Assembly: GCA_903845155.1 (NCBI GenBank)
Contig: CAIMWN010000287.1
Span: forward strand, 1-17,311
Direction: 5' to 3'
Length of the DNA: 17,311 nucleotides
DNA from: Oligoflexia bacterium
GTDB taxonomy: Bacteria > Bdellovibrionota > UBA1018 > CAIMNF01
The notes beneath the pieces are model-generated. The model did not search any database. It was not told the origin of the DNA and saw only the letters and a list, made by a program, of their open reading frames with translations. Numbering within the stretch: position 1 is the stretch's first letter; every line of letters starts with the position of its first letter. Both the position numbers and the translations under genes were made by a program. Shown here in pieces: positions 15,036 through 17,311 of the stretch.

Positions 15036-15635
15036 ATGAAGATAGTGGTGGGCTTGGGAAATCCTGGTCAGAAATACGAGACCACTCGCCATAATATTGG
15101 TTTTCTTTGCATCGATTATTTGGTGGACGCATGGAAAGCAAACGGTCCATTTACTAAACATCAGGGTGAGTATTGGCAAACGTCGATCCAAGGCGAACCA
15201 GTAATCTTACTGAAACCGCAGACCTTCATGAATCTTTCAGGACGTTCCCTTGCTCCCTTCTTCCAATTTTATAAATGTAAACCCGAAGACGTCATCGTAC
15301 TCCATGACGAACTAGATTTTGAGCCCAACGAGATTCGGTTCAAAACGGGTGGAAGTCATGGAGGGCACAATGGGCTTCGCTCCATCGACGAATGTCTAGG
15401 ATCCGAGAATACGGCTTACCATCGGGTAAGGCTTGGAATTGGCCATCCGCGAAATTTTAACCTTAAGATGGACGTAGCTGACTATGTGCTAGGGAAAATC
15501 CCCGACCAAGAATGGGCGGAGCTTGAAGATCTATTTAAGAAGGCCCGTGAGGGCATAGAGCTCATATTTTCAGGTAAAATCAAGGAAGCCATGAATAAAT
15601 TCCATGGACGACCGAAGCCCCCTCAAGATAAATAA
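15036..15635 (+). CDS. pth: Peptidyl-tRNA hydrolase
   Basis: MKIVVGLGNPGQKYETTRHNIGF, LLKPQTFMNLSG, VLHDELDFEPNEIRFKTGGSHGGHNGLRSI and YHRVRLGIGHP. Confidence 0.97.
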   Translation: MKIVVGLGNPGQKYETTRHNIGFLCIDYLVDAWKANGPFTKHQGEYWQTSIQGEPVILLKPQTFMNLSGRSLAPFFQFYKCKPEDVIVLHDELDFEPNEIRFKTGGSHGGHNGLRSIDECLGSENTAYHRVRLGIGHPRNFNLKMDVADYVLGKIPDQEWAELEDLFKKAREGIELIFSGKIKEAMNKFHGRPKPPQDK

Positions 15636-15642
15636 CTAAGCT

Positions 15643-16743
15643 ATGAGTTTACAGTGTGGAATTGTGGGATTACCCAACGTTGGGAAAAGTACGATCTTTA
15701 ACGCGCTTACAAGCGCCAAGGCTGAAGCGGCAAATTACCCTTTTTGCACGATTGAACCCAATACGGGGATCGTGAAGGTTCCTGATCCACGCCTCGAGAA
15801 CATTAGTAAATATATTCCACCCCAAAAGTTGATTCCAGCGGTGATGACCTTTGTCGACATCGCGGGTCTCGTTCGCGGTGCTTCGAAGGGCGAGGGACTC
15901 GGAAATCAATTTTTAGGTCACATCCGTGAGACTGACGCCATCGCTCACGTGGTACGTTGTTTTAACGATTCAAATATTATTCACGTCGAAGGAAGTGTCG
16001 ATCCGCTTCGCGACATCGAAACGATCGATACTGAGCTGGTTCTTTGTGATCTCGAAGCGGTGCTAAAGAAATTACCGAACTCAATTAAGCAAGGTAAACA
16101 GGGCGATAAAAAAGCCGCCGCCCTTGCAGGTGTATTAGAAAGAATTAAACCACTCCTCGATCAAGGTAAAACCGTTCGTGCGTGTGGCCTGACCGACGAA
16201 GAAAAAGAAATTGTATATGAGATGCATTTCTTAACCATTAAGCCGGTCATGTATGTTGCCAACGTAGATGAGGCGACCATCGCGAATCCTTTCGAAAATG
16301 AGTATGTGAAGAAAGTGGTCGAACACGCAAAAATTGAAGGTGCACCAGTCGTACCCATTTGCGGAAAGATTGAATCAGAAATTTCTGAACTTGATCCCGC
16401 TGAGAAAAAAGAATTCTTAAGTGAAATGGGAATGGATGAAGCTGGCCTCAATAAAGTAATTCGCGCAGGTTACGGACTCCTTGGGCTTCAAACTTATTTC
16501 ACAGCAGGTGAAGTGGAAGTGCGCGCTTGGACCTTTCATAAGGGTTGGAAAGCGCCCGCTTGTGCTGGCGTGATTCACAGTGATTTCGAGCGTGGATTCA
16601 TTCGCGCCGAAGTGTACCACTACGAAGACCTCATGAAGCATCAGTCAGAAGCGAAGATTAAAGACGCGGGTCTCATGCGTGTAGAGGGCAAAGAGTACGT
16701 GGTTCAAGATGGCGATATTATGCACTTCCGTTTTAACGTGTAG
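15643..16743 (+). CDS. ychF: Redox-regulated ATPase/GTPase YchF
   Basis: [67 protein letters not shown], and the TGS-like C-terminus [22 protein letters not shown]. Confidence 0.98.
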   Translation: MSLQCGIVGLPNVGKSTIFNALTSAKAEAANYPFCTIEPNTGIVKVPDPRLENISKYIPPQKLIPAVMTFVDIAGLVRGASKGEGLGNQFLGHIRETDAIAHVVRCFNDSNIIHVEGSVDPLRDIETIDTELVLCDLEAVLKKLPNSIKQGKQGDKKAAALAGVLERIKPLLDQGKTVRACGLTDEEKEIVYEMHFLTIKPVMYVANVDEATIANPFENEYVKKVVEHAKIEGAPVVPICGKIESEISELDPAEKKEFLSEMGMDEAGLNKVIRAGYGLLGLQTYFTAGEVEVRAWTFHKGWKAPACAGVIHSDFERGFIRAEVYHYEDLMKHQSEAKIKDAGLMRVEGKEYVVQDGDIMHFRFNV

Positions 16744-16759
16744 TGCGCTTTAAATTATT

Positions 16760-17311
16760 TTAATCGTTAGTTGCTTTTAAGGTCGATTGAATCACACCTG
16801 TTGACGTGGACGTATTGGTCTTGGTTTCATTCATATAATAAGTGACAGCGTTATCGGGGCCGAAGGCCTGGCAAAACAGAGCGAGTTCATTGGCTTTGTT
16901 TTCACACACCAAATTCTCAGAACCGGTATTTCCGAGGCTTAATTCCAAATTCTTCGCTTTCGCTTTTGCCACTTCGGTCGCAAGCGCATCTTGGTAATGG
17001 GTGAGTTTCTTTTGTTGAGAGAGGTAGTAAAGTTTTTTGCAGACTGAAAGATCAAACCTGAGTAAATCATGGGGCTCGCTTTTTGCCACATGGTCTTCAT
17101 GATAAATCGCACGATTCATTACACAATGAAAAGCAGGATCATCATAAGTGTAATCATACTCCATGCTCTCGGTTAAATAGCAGGAACTCAAGCGAGAGTC
17201 CTTACAGAGCACTCCGCGTTCTTTTTTGAATTTCTGAATGGCGGTGGGGTCAAAGTTTTCCTTAAATGAAACAACTCTGTGTTGCTCATCAAAGGTAATG
17301 ACGTAGGTCAA
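16760..17311 (-). CDS. Hypothetical protein, probably truncated at its 5' end by the window edge
   Basis: A 183-residue ORF on the minus strand running to the window end. The first codon, TTG, sits exactly at the edge, so the true start may be outside. It lies tail-to-tail with ychF. No family recognised. Confidence 0.6.
   Translation of the reverse strand: MTYVITFDEQHRVVSFKENFDPTAIQKFKKERGVLCKDSRLSSCYLTESMEYDYTYDDPAFHCVMNRAIYHEDHVAKSEPHDLLRFDLSVCKKLYYLSQQKKLTHYQDALATEVAKAKAKNLELSLGNTGSENLVCENKANELALFCQAFGPDNAVTYYMNETKTNTSTSTGVIQSTLKATND

Overview
The window looks like chromosomal sequence from a Gram-negative, probably deltaproteobacterial or Bdellovibrionota-like bacterium (taxonomy is an inference from gene content). 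The housekeeping genes are a 5'-truncated leuS, dcd, a tRNA-Asn(GTT) gene, a soluble lytic transglycosylase, prs, pth and ychF. The unusual part is a tightly packed + strand cluster at about 5693-11556. In order it encodes an exported protein with a probable C-terminal outer-membrane beta-barrel, a TPR lipoprotein, a large membrane-anchored protein whose C-terminal half resembles the flagellar switch protein FliG, a MotA-like stator subunit, and a MotB-like subunit with the channel Asp and an OmpA-like peptidoglycan-binding domain. The large protein has an exported N-terminal region built from a duplicated Cys-pair domain that loosely resembles FliF ring-building domains. It is followed by a low-complexity linker and a single TM helix. 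The layout suggests a compact trans-envelope rotary or linear motor in which an MS-ring-like part and a C-ring-like part are fused and sit beside a dedicated stator. Canonical torque-interface residues of both FliG and MotA appear substituted, while the ion-channel residues are kept. All homology statements come from reading motifs by eye. No database or structure search was run.
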